Source of the DNA: Octopus sinensis
Taxonomy: Eukaryota
DNA length: 64,000 nucleotides
Assembly (NCBI RefSeq): GCF_006345805.1
Contig: NC_043024.1
Location: 16,864,001-16,928,000 of the forward strand
Reading direction: 5' to 3'
Shown piece by piece: positions 1 through 12,379 of the stretch. The notes under the pieces are model-generated. The model was not told the origin of the DNA. It saw only the letters and a program-made list of their open reading frames with translations, and did no database searches. A program made the translations under genes and the position numbers. Each line of letters begins with the position of its first letter. The stretch's first letter is position 1.

Positions 1-39
1 GACTTGTCACTTAATGAGTAAGCTAATGAGAGAGCCACA

Positions 40-500
40 GTGTAGTCAAACAGACGGCTAGAAATAGCAGCCAAGTCACTCTTGAGTATTAATAAAAAGA
101 AGGACACCTTGGTGTAAATATAGCTTTCGATATATTCTTGAAAATACGACAGGGTGGTCATGACTGGAACTGTTTTCAGTATAGGTTTGCTTGATTAAGG
201 CTGACATGACACAAACTTAAACTAAGTAGATGCTTAACTTGCTAGAATTCTCATTTATTGTCTTAAAAATCAGAATGGCACAAGTGTTTTTAGATACACT
301 TCATCTGAAAATATTGATTAGGATGGTCATGGTTGGATGACTTGGAGTAACAAATGACAAGCACAAACCTATGTGAGAGTGTCTTTGACAATGAATGCCC
401 TGCTAAAAATAGCAGTCAAATATCTCTTAAATATCCTACAGTATTAAAGAAAGGAAGAACATACAAAGTTATGTATTCCTAGATAGCTAAGGGCTCCAAT
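40..500 (+). repeat. Two degenerate copies of an unclassified interspersed repeat (family C)
   Basis: The motifs 'aaatagcagccaa(a/g)t..ct' and 'ggtcat(g)actgga..' recur at 40-230, 300-500, 33590-33800, 34170-34480 and 40000-40560. Confidence 0.6.
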
Positions 501-1026
501 GGAAAGTGATGATTAAGTTCCTCTCTCAAGCAAGGCAAGGTCTTTTTATTTCATTGAAGACCCTCTGTTTTCCCTGACACAAGTCACCCATCTCAGTGCT
601 ACTGGTGGTGCCTAGTTTGGGACTAGAGTTATCATAGTGGTACCAGAAAGTAAAGAGTTAGAACAAATACCACAAGGCATTTTGTCCCTACAACAATTCC
701 ATTAAGTCATGGACCCCCACCTAGACCTCCAGAAGGACAAGGCTAACCTCAACAGGATTTGAACTCTAAAATGTAAAGAACTGGAACAAATCTCTCTTCC
801 TGGACTGATACATCATTTCATTGACCCTGGAGGGATGGAATGTAAAGTTGGTCCTGGTTGCATTTGAACCCAGAACATACAGGACTGCAAATCAGTTTCC
901 CTGATGTTTTTATGATTCTACTCATTCATTTCTAGATATATCAAGTCAAGGGGGGGATGGTTACAGCTGGAGTGTCTCTGATTTCAGCTATCTTAGGCAA
1001 CAGTACTGTGACCGTCAGAGAGCACC

Positions 1027-1330
1027 TTCTTCTTCTTCTTCTTCTTCTTCTTCTTCTTCTTCTTCTTCTTCTTCTTCTTCTTCTTCTTCTTCTTCTTCTT
1101 CTCTTCTTCTTCTTCTTCTTCTCCTCCTCCTCCTCCTCCTCCTCCTCCTCCTCCTCTCCTCCTTCCTCATCCTCCTCCTCCTCCTCTCCACTTCTTCTTC
1201 CTCCTCCTCCTCCACTTCTTCTTCCTCCTCCACCACCTTCTCCTCCTTCACCCACCCATCTCCTCGATCTCCCCAACCACTACCTTCCTCCCCCACTTTG
1301 TTGTTGTTGTCATCATCATCATCATCACCA
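1027..1330. repeat. Compound trinucleotide microsatellite (CTT)n-(CCT)n, followed by short (GTT)n and (CAT)n tracts
   Basis: Read directly; it explains the poly-L/F/S/E/R ORFs in the track. Confidence 0.97.
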
Positions 1331-1385
1331 TTACTGTGTTGGCTTCCAACAACTCAATTATTGCAGATGCTGGCCTACAACTTAC

Positions 1386-1411
1386 GTGCTTGTATGACAC
1401 TGTCGCTACAA
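1386..1411 (-). CDS. Candidate 26-nt internal exon of a minus-strand gene
   Basis: Acceptor tctgtctctgcag| and donor |gtaagt. Open as VATVSYKH (phase 1-0) or CSDSVIQA (phase 2-1). Confidence 0.35.
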
Positions 1412-1543
1412 CTGCAGAGACAGAATATTTCCTCTCACAGACATAACTACACATACATAAATGTACATGTGCACACACACACACACACACACACAATTAG
1501 TGGTGTTTCCTGATTGGCTGTAAGGTACGCAAAGCAGACACAC

Positions 1544-1616
1544 CGAAGATTAGGATTTATAAATGAATTCAGGTAACAAACATTTTGATGTAAATGCTTC
1601 ATTTTAAGGGGCACAG
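1544..1616 (-). CDS. Candidate internal exon (VPLKMKHLHQNVCYLNSFINPNL)
   Basis: Acceptor tacttgttttccag| and weaker donor cg|gtgtgt. Phase 1-2 is compatible with the exon ending at 21326 upstream and the 1411 exon downstream. Confidence 0.35.
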
Positions 1617-1879
1617 CTGGAAAACAAGTATCACCCTGTTTTATGTACCCTATATTGCATGCACTGGCTGAGATGCAAGGGATTACCACTGATGTGTATG
1701 TGTGTGTGCACATAGATATATATATATATTATCCGACTTGTACGGTATTATATGTCCATTACAGCTGATCTTATCAATTGGTTTCATGCTAGAGATTCAA
1801 CAGAATCTTACATGACAATCTGATTATGTAATATGGAATGAAATATGGCAATCTCTGTCTGCCTCTCTCTCTCTCTCTC

Positions 1880-1910
<31 letters not shown>

Positions 1911-1930
1911 ATATATATATTACACACACA

Positions 1931-2335
1931 TAGGAGTGGCTGTGTGGTAAGTATCTTGCTTACCAACCACATGGTTCCAGGTTCAGTCTTGCTGCATGGC
2001 ACCTTGGGCAAGTGTCTTCTACTATAGCCTTGGGCCGACAAAAGCCTTGTGAGTGGATTTGGTAGATGGAAACTGAAAGAAGCCGGTCGTATACATGCAC
2101 ATATATATATGTATGTATGTGTATATCTGTGTGTGTGTGTGTGTCTCTGTTTGTCCCCCCCCCAAAATCGCTTGAAAGCCGATGCTGGTGTATTTACATC
2201 CCCTTAACTTAGCGGTTCAGCAAAAAAACTGCTAGGCTTACAAAGAATAAATCCTGGGGTCAAATTGCTCGACTAAAGGTGATGCTCCAGCATGGCTGCA
2301 GTCAAATGACTGAAACAAGTAAAAGAATAAAAGAA
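1931..2335 (+). mobile_element. tRNA-derived SINE family A, full copy
   Basis: Head ggagtggctgtgtggtaag...ggttcagtc (A/B-box-like), internal (TA/TG)n, tail gactgaaacaagtaaaaga; many near-identical copies in the window. Confidence 0.9.
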
Positions 2336-2339
2336 TATA

Positions 2340-2640
2340 TAGAACAAGAACATGACAGGCAACAACAAAACATTTGGACAGTTAGATGATACAAAGAAAG
2401 ACAGGAATAAACAAGGACGGGACATTCGGAGCTTTCTATCGTCAGTTGAGTTCCAGATCATCCCAGTAGTTTCGGCCAGTTACACTTGAGACTGCTCCAG
2501 TCTGGTTGGCCCCTAGAAAATCTGATCTAAGAGCATTAGATTCTTTGGAAGAAAGCAAGCAAATGTATATGAAAAGAAGGGCACAAAAAATTGAGAAATG
2601 GTACACAATTACAAATACAAACAAGACAATAACAACAGGT
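2340..2640 (-). repeat. Interspersed repeat homologous to 46240-46500, possibly a Penelope-like terminal repeat
   Basis: Shares blocks ggacggg.cattcg.agc, cagatcatcc, tttcggc and agcattagatt with 46240-46500. Confidence 0.55.
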
Positions 2641-2963
2641 GTCTTTTGACTAAAGACAAATTATATATATTTCTTACTAAACATTTCAACTACATGTACT
2701 TATTATGCTACTAATAGTTTCCTGTACATGCGTATGTTTGTCAGGCATCAGTCACACTATATTCCCAAAACTTTAGTTTAAATAGAGGAACAGTTTAGAA
2801 CCGGCACAAAGATAAAACATGTCTAATGCAAGATACCACCTTGATGGATAAAATAAAATAAAAATAAAAATATAAATAACAAAAATAATATATATTTATA
2901 TATATATATATACATATATATATATGTATATATATATACATATGTTATATACATATAGACATA

Positions 2964-3020
<57 letters not shown>

Positions 3021-3021
<1 letters not shown>

Positions 3022-3211
3022 CCCTCTTCCTTTGCTAAGAGCATTTAAGCCAGCCCGTCATATTCCCGTGTCAGGCCGAAAAGAACGAAATGTTCCCAAG
3101 ATAAGAGAGTCTTTCTAATCTAATGTTGTGGTTGAGCTGTTTATTATTTATTATTATTACTATTATTAGTAGTATTAGTATTGTCCCTTTGATCCTCGGT
3201 CGAAAATTTGC

Positions 3212-3252
<41 letters not shown>

Positions 3253-3570
3253 TTATTACTATTTTCAGCTTCGCCTTGTATTGCATATTATTTCTCCATA
3301 CAGGGGTTTTTCAATGGCGGCCCATTTCGCGGGGTTCCACTATTTCCCTTCTCTCTCTCCCTCTTTTACGTTGTCTGCATCCCCCCTCTTCCTTTGCTAA
3401 GAGCATTTAAGCCAGCCCGTCATATTCCCGTGTCAGGCCGAAGAACGAAATGTTCCCAAGATAGAGAGTCTTTCTAATCTAATGTTGTGGTTGAGCTGTT
3501 TATTATTTATTATTATTACTATTATTAGTAGTATTAGTATTGTCCCTTTGATCCTCGGTCGAAAATTTGC

Positions 3571-3618
<48 letters not shown>

Positions 3619-3957
3619 TACTATTTTCAGCTTCGCCTTGTATTGTTGCATATTATTTCTCCATACAGGGGTTTTTTCAATGGCGGCCCATTTTCGCGGG
3701 GTTCCACTATTCCCTTCTCTCTCCCTCTTTTACGTTGTCTGCCATCCCCCCTCTTCCTTTGCTAAGAGCATTTTAAGCCAGCCCGTCATATTCCCGTGTC
3801 AGGCCGAAGAACGAAATGTTCCCAAGATAAGAGAGTCTTTCTAATCTAATGTTGTGGTTGAGCTGTTTATTATTTATTATTATTACTATTATTAGTAGTA
3901 TTAGTATTGTCCCTTTGATCCTCGGTCGAAAAATATTGCTTATTATTATTATTATTA

Positions 3958-3993
<36 letters not shown>

Positions 3994-4306
3994 TTTCAGC
4001 TTCGCCTTGTATTGCATATTATTTCTCCATACAGGGGTTTTTCAATGGCGGCCCATTTTCGCGGGGTTCCACTATTTCCCTTCTCTCTCTCCCTCTTTTA
4101 CGTTGTCTGCCATCCCCCCTCTTCCTTTGCTAAGAGCATTTTTAAGCCAGCCCGTCATATTCCCGTGTCAGGCCGAAGAACGAAATGTTCCCAAGATAAG
4201 AGAGTCTTTCTAATCTAATGTGTGTTGAGCTGTTTATTTTATTATTTATTATTATTATATATTAGTAGTATTAGTATGTCCCTTTGATCCTCGGTCGAAA
4301 ATTTGC

Positions 4307-4339
<33 letters not shown>

Positions 4340-4671
4340 TATTATTATTATTTTACTATTTTCAGCTTCGCCTTGTATTGCATATATTTCTCCATACAGG
4401 GGTTTTTTCAATGGCGGCCCATTTTCGCGGGGTTCCACTATTTCCCTTCTCTCTCTCCCTCTTTTACGTTGTCTGCCATCCCCCCTCTTCCTTGCTAAGA
4501 GCATTTTTAAGCCAGCCCGTCATATTCCCGTGTCAGGCCGAAGAACGAAATGTTCCCAAGATAAGAGAGTCTTTCTAATCTAATGTTGTGGTTGAGCTGT
4601 TTATTATTTATTATTATTACTATTATTAGTAGTATTAGTATTGTCCCTTTGATCCTCGGTCGAAAATTTGC

Positions 4672-4722
<51 letters not shown>

Positions 4723-5038
4723 TATTTTCAGCTTCGCCTTGTATTGCATATTATTTCTCCATACAGGGGTTTTTCAATGGCGGCCCATTTTCGCGGGGTT
4801 CCACTATTTCCCTTCTCTCTCTCCCTCTTTTACGTTGTCTGCCATCCCCCTTTCCTTTGCTAAGAGCATTTTTAAGCCAGCCCGTCATATTCCCGTGTCA
4901 GGCCGAAGAACGAAATGTTCCCAAGATAAGAGAGTCTTTCTAATCTAATGTTGTGGTTGAGCTGTTTATTATTTATTATTATTACTATATTAGTATTAGT
5001 ATTGTCCCTTTGATCCTCGGTCGAAAATTTGCTTATTA

Positions 5039-5073
<35 letters not shown>

Positions 5074-5399
5074 TATTTTATTACTATTTCAGCTTCGCCT
5101 TGTATTGCATATTATTTCTCCATACAGGGGTTTTTTCAATGGCGGCCCATTTTCGCGGGGTTCCACTATTTCCCTTCTCTCTCTCCCTCTTTTACGTTGT
5201 CTGCCATCCCCCCTCTTCCTTTGCTAAGAGCATTTTTAAGCCAGCCCGTCATATTCCCGTGTCAGGCCGAAGAACGAAATGTTCCCAAGATAAGAGAGTC
5301 TTTCTAATCTAATGTTGTGGTTGAGCTGTTTATTATTTATTATTATTACTATTATTAGTAGTATTAGTATTGTCCCTTTGATCCTCGGTCGAAAATTGC

Positions 5400-5443
<44 letters not shown>

Positions 5444-5781
5444 TTTCAGCTTCGCCTTGTATTGCATATTATTTCTCCATACAGGGGTTTTTTCAATGGC
5501 GGCCCATTTTCGCGGGGTTCCACTATTTCCCTTCTCTCTCTCCCTCTTTTACGTTGTCTGCCATCCCCCCTCTTCCTTTGCTAAGAGCATTTTTAAGCCA
5601 GCCCGTCATATTCCCGTGTCAGGCCGAAGAACGAAATGTTCCCAGATAAGAGAGTCTTTCTAATCTAATGTTGTGGTTGAGCTGTTTATTATTATTTATT
5701 ATTACTATTATTAGTAGTATTAGTATTGTCCCTTTGATCCTCGGTCGAAAATTGCTTATTATTATTATTATTATTATTATA

Positions 5782-5812
<31 letters not shown>

Positions 5813-6496
5813 TTTCAGCTTCGCCTTGTATTGCATATTATTTCTCCATACAGGGGTTTTTTCAATGGCGGCCCATTTCGCGGGGTTCCACTATTTCCCT
5901 TCTCTCTCTCCTCTTTTACGTTGTCTGCCATCCCCCCTCTTCCTTTGCTAAGAGCATTTTTAAGCCAGCCCGTCATATTCCCGTGTCAGGCCGAAGAACG
6001 AAATGTTCCCAAGATAAGAGAGTCTTTCTAATCTAATGTTGTGGTTGAGCTGTTTATTATTTATTATTATTACTATTATTAGTAGTATTAGTATGTCCCT
6101 TTGATCCTCGGTCGAAAATTTGCTTATTATTATTTATTATTATTATTATATTATTATTATTATTATTATTACTATTTCAGCTTCGCCTTGTATTGCATAT
6201 TATTTCTCCATACAGGGGTTTTTCAATGGCGGCCCATTTTCGCGGGGTTCCACTATTTCCCTTCTCTCTCTCCCTCTTTTACGTTGTCTGCCATCCCCCT
6301 CTTCCTTGTAAGAGCATTTTTAAGCCAGCCCGTCATATTCCCGTGTCAGGCCGAAGAACGAAATGTTCCCAAGATAAGAGAGTCTTTCTAATCTAATGTT
6401 GTGGTTGAGCTGTTATTATTTATTATTATTACTATTATTAGTAGTATTAGTATTGTCCCTTTGATCCTCGGTCGAAAATTGCTTATTATATTATTA

Positions 6497-6528
<32 letters not shown>

Positions 6529-6844
6529 ACTATTTTCAGCTTCGCCTTGTATGCATATTATTTCTCCATACAGGGGTTTTTTCAATGGCGGCCCATTTTC
6601 GCGGGGTTCCACTATTTCCTTCTCTCTCTCCCTCTTTTACGTTGTCTGCCATCCCCCCTCTTCCTTTGCTAAGAGCATTTTTAAGCCAGCCCGTCATATT
6701 CCCGTGTCAGGCCGAAGAACGAAATGTTCCCAAGATAAGAGAGTCTTTCTAATCTAATGTTGTGGTTGAGATGTTTATTATTTATTATTATTACTATTAT
6801 TAGTAGTATTAGTATGTCCCTTTGATCCTCGGTCGAAAATTTGC

Positions 6845-6880
<36 letters not shown>

Positions 6881-7216
6881 TATTATTATTATTATTATTA
6901 CTATTTTCAGCTTCGCCTTGTATTGCATATTATTTCTCCATACAGGGGTTTTTCAATGGCGGCCCATTTTCGCGGGGTTCCACTATTTCCCTTCTCTCTC
7001 TCCCTCTTTTACGTTGTCTGCCATCCCCCCTCTTCTTTGCTAAGAGCATTTTTAAGCCAGCCCGTCATATTCCCGTGTCAGGCCGAAGAACGAAATGTTC
7101 CCAAGATAAGAGAGTCTTTCTAATCTAATGTTGTGGTTGAGCTGTTATTATTTATTATTATTACTATTATTAGTAGTATTAGTATTGTCCTTTGATCCTC
7201 GGTCGAAAATTGCTTA

Positions 7217-7251
<35 letters not shown>

Positions 7252-7934
7252 TACTATTTTCAGCTTCGCCTTGTATTGCATATTATTTCTCCATACAGGG
7301 GTTTTTTCAATGGCGGCCCATTTTCGCGGGGTTCCACTATTTCCCTTCTCTCTCTCCCTCTTTTACGTTGTCTGCCATCCCCCCTCTTCCTTTGCTAAGA
7401 GCATTTAAGCCAGCCCGTCATATTCCCGTGTCAGGCCGAAGAACGAATGTTCCCAAGATAAGAGAGTCTTTCTAATCTAATGTTGTGGTTGAGCTGTTTA
7501 TTATTTATTATTATTACTATTATTAGTAGTATTAGTATTGTCCCTTTGATCCTCGGTCGAAAATTTGCTTATTATTATTATTATTATATTATTATATTAT
7601 TATTATTATTATTATTTACTATTTTCAGCTTCGCCTTGTATGCATATTATTTCTCCATACAGGGGTTTTTTCAATGGCGGCCCATTTTCGCGGGGTTCCA
7701 CTATTTCCTTCTCTCTCTCCCTCTTTTACGTTGTCTGCCATCCCCCCTCTTCCTTTGCTAAGAGCATTTTTAAGCCAGCCCGTCATATTCCCGTGTCAGG
7801 CCGAAGAACGAAATGTTCCCAAGATAAGAGAGTCTTTCTAATCTAATGTTGTGGTTGAGCTGTTTATTATTTATTATTATTACTATTATTAGTAGTATTA
7901 GTATTGTCCCTTTGATCCTCGGTCGAAAATTTGC

Positions 7935-7986
<52 letters not shown>

Positions 7987-8522
7987 TTTCAGCTTCGCCT
8001 TGTATTGCATATTATTTCTCCATACAGGGGTTTTTTCAATGGCGGCCCATTTTCGCGGGGTTCCACTATTTCCCTTCTCTCTCTCCCTCTTTTACGTTGT
8101 CTGCCATCCCCCCTCTTCCTTTGCTAAGAGCATTTTTAAGCCAGCCCGTCATATTCCCGTGTCAGGCCGAAGAAGAACGAATGTCCCAAGATAAGAGAGT
8201 CTTTCTAATTAATGTTGTGGTTGAGCTGTTATTATTTATTATTATTACTATTATTAGTAGTATTAGTATTGTCCTTTGATCCTCGGTCGAAAATTTGCTT
8301 ATTATTATTATTATTATATATTATTATTATTATTATATTATTATTATTACTATTTCAGCTTCGCTTGTATTGCATATTATTTCTCCATACAGGGGTTTTT
8401 TCAATGGCGGCCCATTTTCGCGGGGTTCCACTATTTCCCTTCTCTCTCTCCCTCTTTTACGTTGTCTGCCATCCCCCCTCTTCCTTGCTAGAGCATTTTT
8501 AAGCCAGCCCGTCATATTCCCG
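3021..8522. repeat. Tandem satellite array: ~15 full ~363-bp units plus a partial unit, each containing two (ATT)n tracts
   Basis: The marker gccagcccgtcatattcccg recurs 16 times from ~3049 to ~8502 at ~363-bp spacing. Confidence 0.97.
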
Positions 8523-8769
8523 GTGCACCCGCCCTTGCCCACCCCCACCCCCACCACCAATACCGGATATCTCTATATTTTTGCTCCATCTATACCGGAT
8601 GTCGCTTCTCCCACCACCATTATAGGTGTCTACTCTTCGAACCCCCCCTTCAATACGCTATTTGACCATGCATTACCCCTCTCTTGATATCCTACGTTCT
8701 ACTTGCCTAGAACCTGTCATCATTTCTCTGAACCAACCCCCTCCCCACTGGTGCTCCCCTATATTTCTC

Positions 8770-9022
8770 CCCCCCCCACATAAAAAGCACCATCCGAACG
8801 TGGCCGATGCCAGACCCCTCTGGCACCTGTGCAGGTGGCACGTAAAAAACACCCACTACACTCGCGGAGTGGTTGCGTTAGGAAGGGCATCCAGCTGTAG
8901 AAACACTGCCAGACTAGACTGGAGCCTGGGGCAGTCCCGAGCTCCCCAGACCCCGGTCGAAACCGTCCAACCCGTGCTAGCGCGGAAAACGGACGTTAAA
9001 TGATGATGATGATGATGATGAT
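8770..9022 (+). mobile_element. 3' end of an RTE-type LINE with (GAT)n tail
   Basis: ggaagggcatccagctgtagaaac...ggacgttaaa(tga)n; the same 3' segment is attached to RT-coding sequence at 58470-59655. Confidence 0.85.
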
Positions 9023-9185
9023 ATATATATATATATAATATATACATATATATATACATATATATATATAGTATATATATATATATTGGTAAAAACGGTT
9101 AAGATAAAACAAAGAAAGAAAGAGACCTCAATATTATGTAAATAGAGGAAATTATCTGTAAATTAATATGTTACAATTATTCGGT

Positions 9186-9256
9186 AGCCAAGATAAAACT
9201 CTGAGTTTCGGATGTCGAGGTGGAAATCCACAACACCATCTCTTCGGCTATTTGGC
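9186..9256 (-). ncRNA. Degenerate minimal hammerhead ribozyme motif (Penelope-like type)
   Basis: Minus strand: gccaaatag-CCGAAGA-gatg...catc-c-GAAA-ctcaga-GTT-ttatcttggc. Stems I and II pair, but the core has C instead of U at position 4. Confidence 0.45.
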
Positions 9257-9704
9257 CATCTGAAAAAACGGTATGAAAAAAGACCGTTATACAAAGGGAA
9301 ATTACTGTGTTATACTCCGCTACTTATACAAAAGCGCTAATTCGAATGACCACTAATTAAGATAAGGTTAAAAGTTCATAGTAAACACGTAAGCATGCCT
9401 GTTCATACGTACACATGTGCGCTCGTGCACCCACGTGCGTACGTATACATCACTATGAAAACATACACATCTTCACTCACATTTTTCACCAAATGTATAT
9501 GCATATATATACAAACTCATACACACACATGTACACCGTAAAAGTTCATACATACATCTACATACGCACAAGCACAAGATAGGGTTAAGGGTAACAATAC
9601 AGAAAAAAAGGCATAAGGAAGTATACAAAGAGTAAACCACGTTCATATATGGACATACCCTTATGCACGCACACACACACGCCCATATATGTACATACCC
9701 GCAC

Positions 9705-9736
<32 letters not shown>

Positions 9737-9809
9737 ATTTATATACATATATATATAGTATATATAAAAATATATACATTATATATATATATATGTATAT
9801 AATATATAT

Positions 9810-9986
9810 AGGCGTGGTTGTGTGGTAAGAAATAGGTGCAGGTGTGGCTGTGCAGTAAGAAGCTTGCATGGTTCTGGGTTCTGTCCCACTGCGTGGAACC
9901 TTGGGCATATGTCTTCTATTAAAGTCTTGGGCCGACAAAAGCCTTGTGAGCGGATTTGATAGATGGGAAGTGAAAGAAGCTTGTTG

Positions 9987-10057
<71 letters not shown>

Positions 10058-10515
10058 TTTTGTGTTTGTCTCCCCCTCTACCATCACTTGACAACCAATG
10101 TTGGTGTGTTTATGTCCTGTCACTTAGCGATTTGGCAAAAAAGACTGATAGAATAAGTCCCAAGCTTACAAAGAATAAGTCCTGGAGTCGATTTGTTGGA
10201 CTAAAGGTGGTGCTCCAGCATGGCCACTGTCAAGATGACAAATCAACCCCAGGACTTATTCCTTGTAAGCCTAGCATTTATTCTATTGGTCTCTTTTGCT
10301 TAACCACTCTGTTATAGGGATGTAAACACACCAATATCGGTTATCAAGCGACGGTTGGGTGACAAACACACATACACATATACGACAGGCTTCTTTCAGT
10401 TTCCATCTACCAAATCCACTCACAAGTCGTTGTTTGACCTGAGGCTATAGTAGAAGCCAGTTGCCCAAGGTGCCATACAGTGGGACTGAACCCTGAATAG
10501 TGTGCTTGGGAAATG
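9810..10515. mobile_element. Two SINE family A copies in opposite orientation (9810-10235 +, 10240-10515 -)
   Basis: Match to the family A head and tail. Confidence 0.85.
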
Positions 10516-11095
10516 AACTTCATACCACACAGCCATGCTGGAATCTATTTTTTGTTCTGTACTGCTAGTCAGGGAATGATGAAGTAACAGAAACTGGTGA
10601 CCTTTGAAATGTTTTAAATGTGTAATTCATGTATATTCACCTGATGAAAAAGGTTTCTTTTTCACCTGACATTATATCTCTGTTCATCAATTAAGATTCA
10701 TAGTCAACAGCTGTAGTGATTGACCCATTATCCATCTGTTGTTATACTTACGTACCTAAGTACGTACATACATACATACATATACTATCTGAAGTGTATC
10801 TTATTCTCGTATATCCCTCACAGCTGATCTTATCAATCGGTTCGTACCCGGGGTACAATGGAATGCGAAGTAACAATCGATTGGTGAGAACCTAGAATGA
10901 AACCGATTGTTAAGACCAGCCGTGATGGATATATAATGTTATACACTTGGGATAATATACTCAGTCTGTTGATAGATATACGAGTGCATCTGTTCCCTGA
11001 CTTATGGATTCTTAGACAACTTACACACACACACACACACACACACACTCATACGCACACCTACATGCACACACACATACACATACATTATATAC

Positions 11096-11224
11096 TTGAA
11101 TGCAGAAATGAGAAAAGCAGCGCTCCACATAAAACATGTTCTCTCTCTTCAAGTCCTGGGACTCATAACACCAGGTGTTGCCATGGGTTTCATGTCCATC
11201 CTCATCATTCAATTGAATTATAAA
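11096..11224 (-). CDS. Candidate 129-nt exon (FIIQLNDEDGHETHGNTWCYESQDLKRENMFYVERCFSHFCIQ)
   Basis: Unique sequence, open frame, bounded by tactgtag| and caa|gtatat (phase 0-0). The sites are moderate, the in-register + frame is also open, and I found no linking exon. Confidence 0.3.
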
Positions 11225-11884
11225 CTACAGTATTTTCCAAAAATATATGACACAGGTGGTATTTAGTAGCTTTAGGAATACATACATACACACATGTGTG
11301 TGCCATCATTCTTTCTTTCTTTCTTTCCCTCTTTCTCTCTTCCCTTTCTCTCTTCCCTTCATTCTCTCTTTCTTTCTTTCTTTCTCTCTTTCTCTCTCTT
11401 TCCTTCCTTCCTTTCTTTTTCTTCCTTTCTTTCTTCCTTTCCTTCTTTCTCCATCGTCATTTCAGACAATTTTTCATTATCTTTTGAACGACCCCTGATT
11501 TCCCCTCTCTTTTAGCACCTGTGTGTATATAATTACACAACCACACACGCACATGTATATATATATATGTATATCTGGTGTGCATCTATATGTATATGTT
11601 CGTGTGTCTCTATCCATCCATGTCCCTATCTCTCTTTATCTATGTGTTTGTCAGCCTGTCTATCTATTTATCTATCTACCTATCTGTGTGTGTGTGTTGT
11701 GTGTGCATGGATAGATGCATACATACACACATGTTTGTGTATGTGTGCTTTACCCCAGTCTAATGACTGAAACAAGTAAAAGAATAAAGGAATATCTATA
11801 TACACATACACGCATATATATATATGTCTGTATATATGTGTGTGTGTGTGTGTATGCATATATATGCACATATACATATAAAGC

Positions 11885-12200
11885 TATTAAAGAGAAAACA
11901 AGGAATATAGGAGTAGCTGGATGTGGGGAAGAATTGGAAAGATAGTGAAATATTAAGAGAGAAAGCCGAATGTTATCAATATCTCCATTAATCTTGGAGA
12001 CCATTGCTATCTTTCCAAACAATTCTTCTAGTTGTTGACATTATTGGGAATGTCTGGACCAGTTCTGCTACATATTACTCTCTTTTATGGCATTCACGGA
12101 TTGTAATTTGTCATGCTCAACTGAACAACTTACTGCCAATTAGCTGGAATTGTGGTGCACACCATACCACACGCTTCAGTGTATTCACAGATCACTGTAC
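11885..12200 (+). mobile_element. Highly degenerate C-terminal fragment of a restriction-like-endonuclease (R4/NeSL-type) LINE
   Basis: EILREKAECYQYLH*..VVDIIGNVW..AQLNNLL..GAHHTTR resembles the EK..KY.DL / V.IGALG / LQ..LLGTAHILR end of such ORFs. Confidence 0.4.
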
Positions 12201-12308
12201 ATTTGGAACTGTAAATATATACACTTATATGCATACACGGATATATAGATATACACACGCAAGTATATAAATATATATATGTCTGTTGGTGCATCTATAT
12301 ATATTTAT

Positions 12309-12339
<31 letters not shown>

Positions 12340-12379
<40 letters not shown>

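Noticed and set aside
3123-8502. Repeated MLWLSCLLFIIIT... ORFs as a tandem gene family
   Set aside because: Frames change from unit to unit with (ATT)n length; no stable ORF or splice structure.
3021-8522. Satellite as a CRISPR array or an snRNA/5S/tRNA/hammerhead gene cluster
   Set aside because: Units are wholly repeated with no unique spacers. I recognised no U1/U2/U6/5S/tRNA motif, and ccgaagaacgaaa has no stem II.
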